The notes beneath the pieces are model-generated. The model saw only the letters and a program-made list of their open reading frames with translations. It made no database searches and had not been told where the DNA came from. Shown here in pieces: positions 63,840 through 64,000 of a stretch of 64,000 bases of DNA. The position numbers and the translations under genes are program-made. The DNA comes from Raja brachyura (taxonomy: Eukaryota): NCBI GenBank assembly GCA_963514005.1, contig OY740809.1, positions 20,398,001-20,462,000 on the forward strand, written 5' to 3'. The stretch's first letter is position 1. The number at the start of each line of letters is the position of its first letter.

Positions 63840-64000
63840 TTTTCTCCCGTGGGTGGGGCCTGGAAACGGCCGCTACGGACGGCACTAAGTACAGCCTCCC
63901 CCCCCCCCCCCCCCCCGCGGACATGATCCAAACACACTCCGCGTTCGCGAATCGGCCGCTTCTTAATTGAGACCGCGGCTTCACTATGTTAAGTACATAG
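63840..64000. promoter_or_regulatory. Edge of a CpG-rich region, probably the promoter of a neighbouring gene
   Basis: High CpG density and a TTCGCGAA palindrome near 63945. Confidence 0.35.

Noticed and set aside
1-64000. Prokaryotic systems (CRISPR array, operon, defence island)
   Set aside because: There is no regularly spaced repeat-spacer array, the genes are spliced, and all RT, recombinase and transposase motifs belong to eukaryotic transposons.

Overview
Eukaryotic vertebrate genomic DNA. The repeat content (CR1 tails ending in (TCTATGTT)n, tRNA-derived SINEs, Penelope termini) suggests a cartilaginous fish, probably a skate or ray; this is an inference. The window holds two intact, tandemly duplicated 8-exon alpha-L-fucosidase genes on the minus strand (FUCA1-like, 18193-32411 and 40600-49946). 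It also holds an intact ZBTB8A-like BTB zinc-finger gene (52507-55232, CpG-island promoter near 58.0-58.6 kb) and a truncated, frameshifted ZBTB8A duplicate between the two FUCA1 copies. The first ~13 kb is a nest of retroelements: L1 end, CR1, L2, a DIRS1 with split terminal repeats, Penelope and Rex1. Helitron, Tc1, hAT and THAP-bearing DNA elements lie further on. Four observations stand out. (1) Amino-acid differences between the FUCA1 paralogues cluster around the catalytic loops. (2) Ultra-short (25-45 bp) palindromic insertions with 8-bp target duplications were seen only at promoters. (3) An intronic CLEAR/M-box cluster differs between the paralogues. (4) Many minimal hammerhead-ribozyme cores are carried by Penelope-derived termini. 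All alignments and counts were made by eye; no database searches were run.
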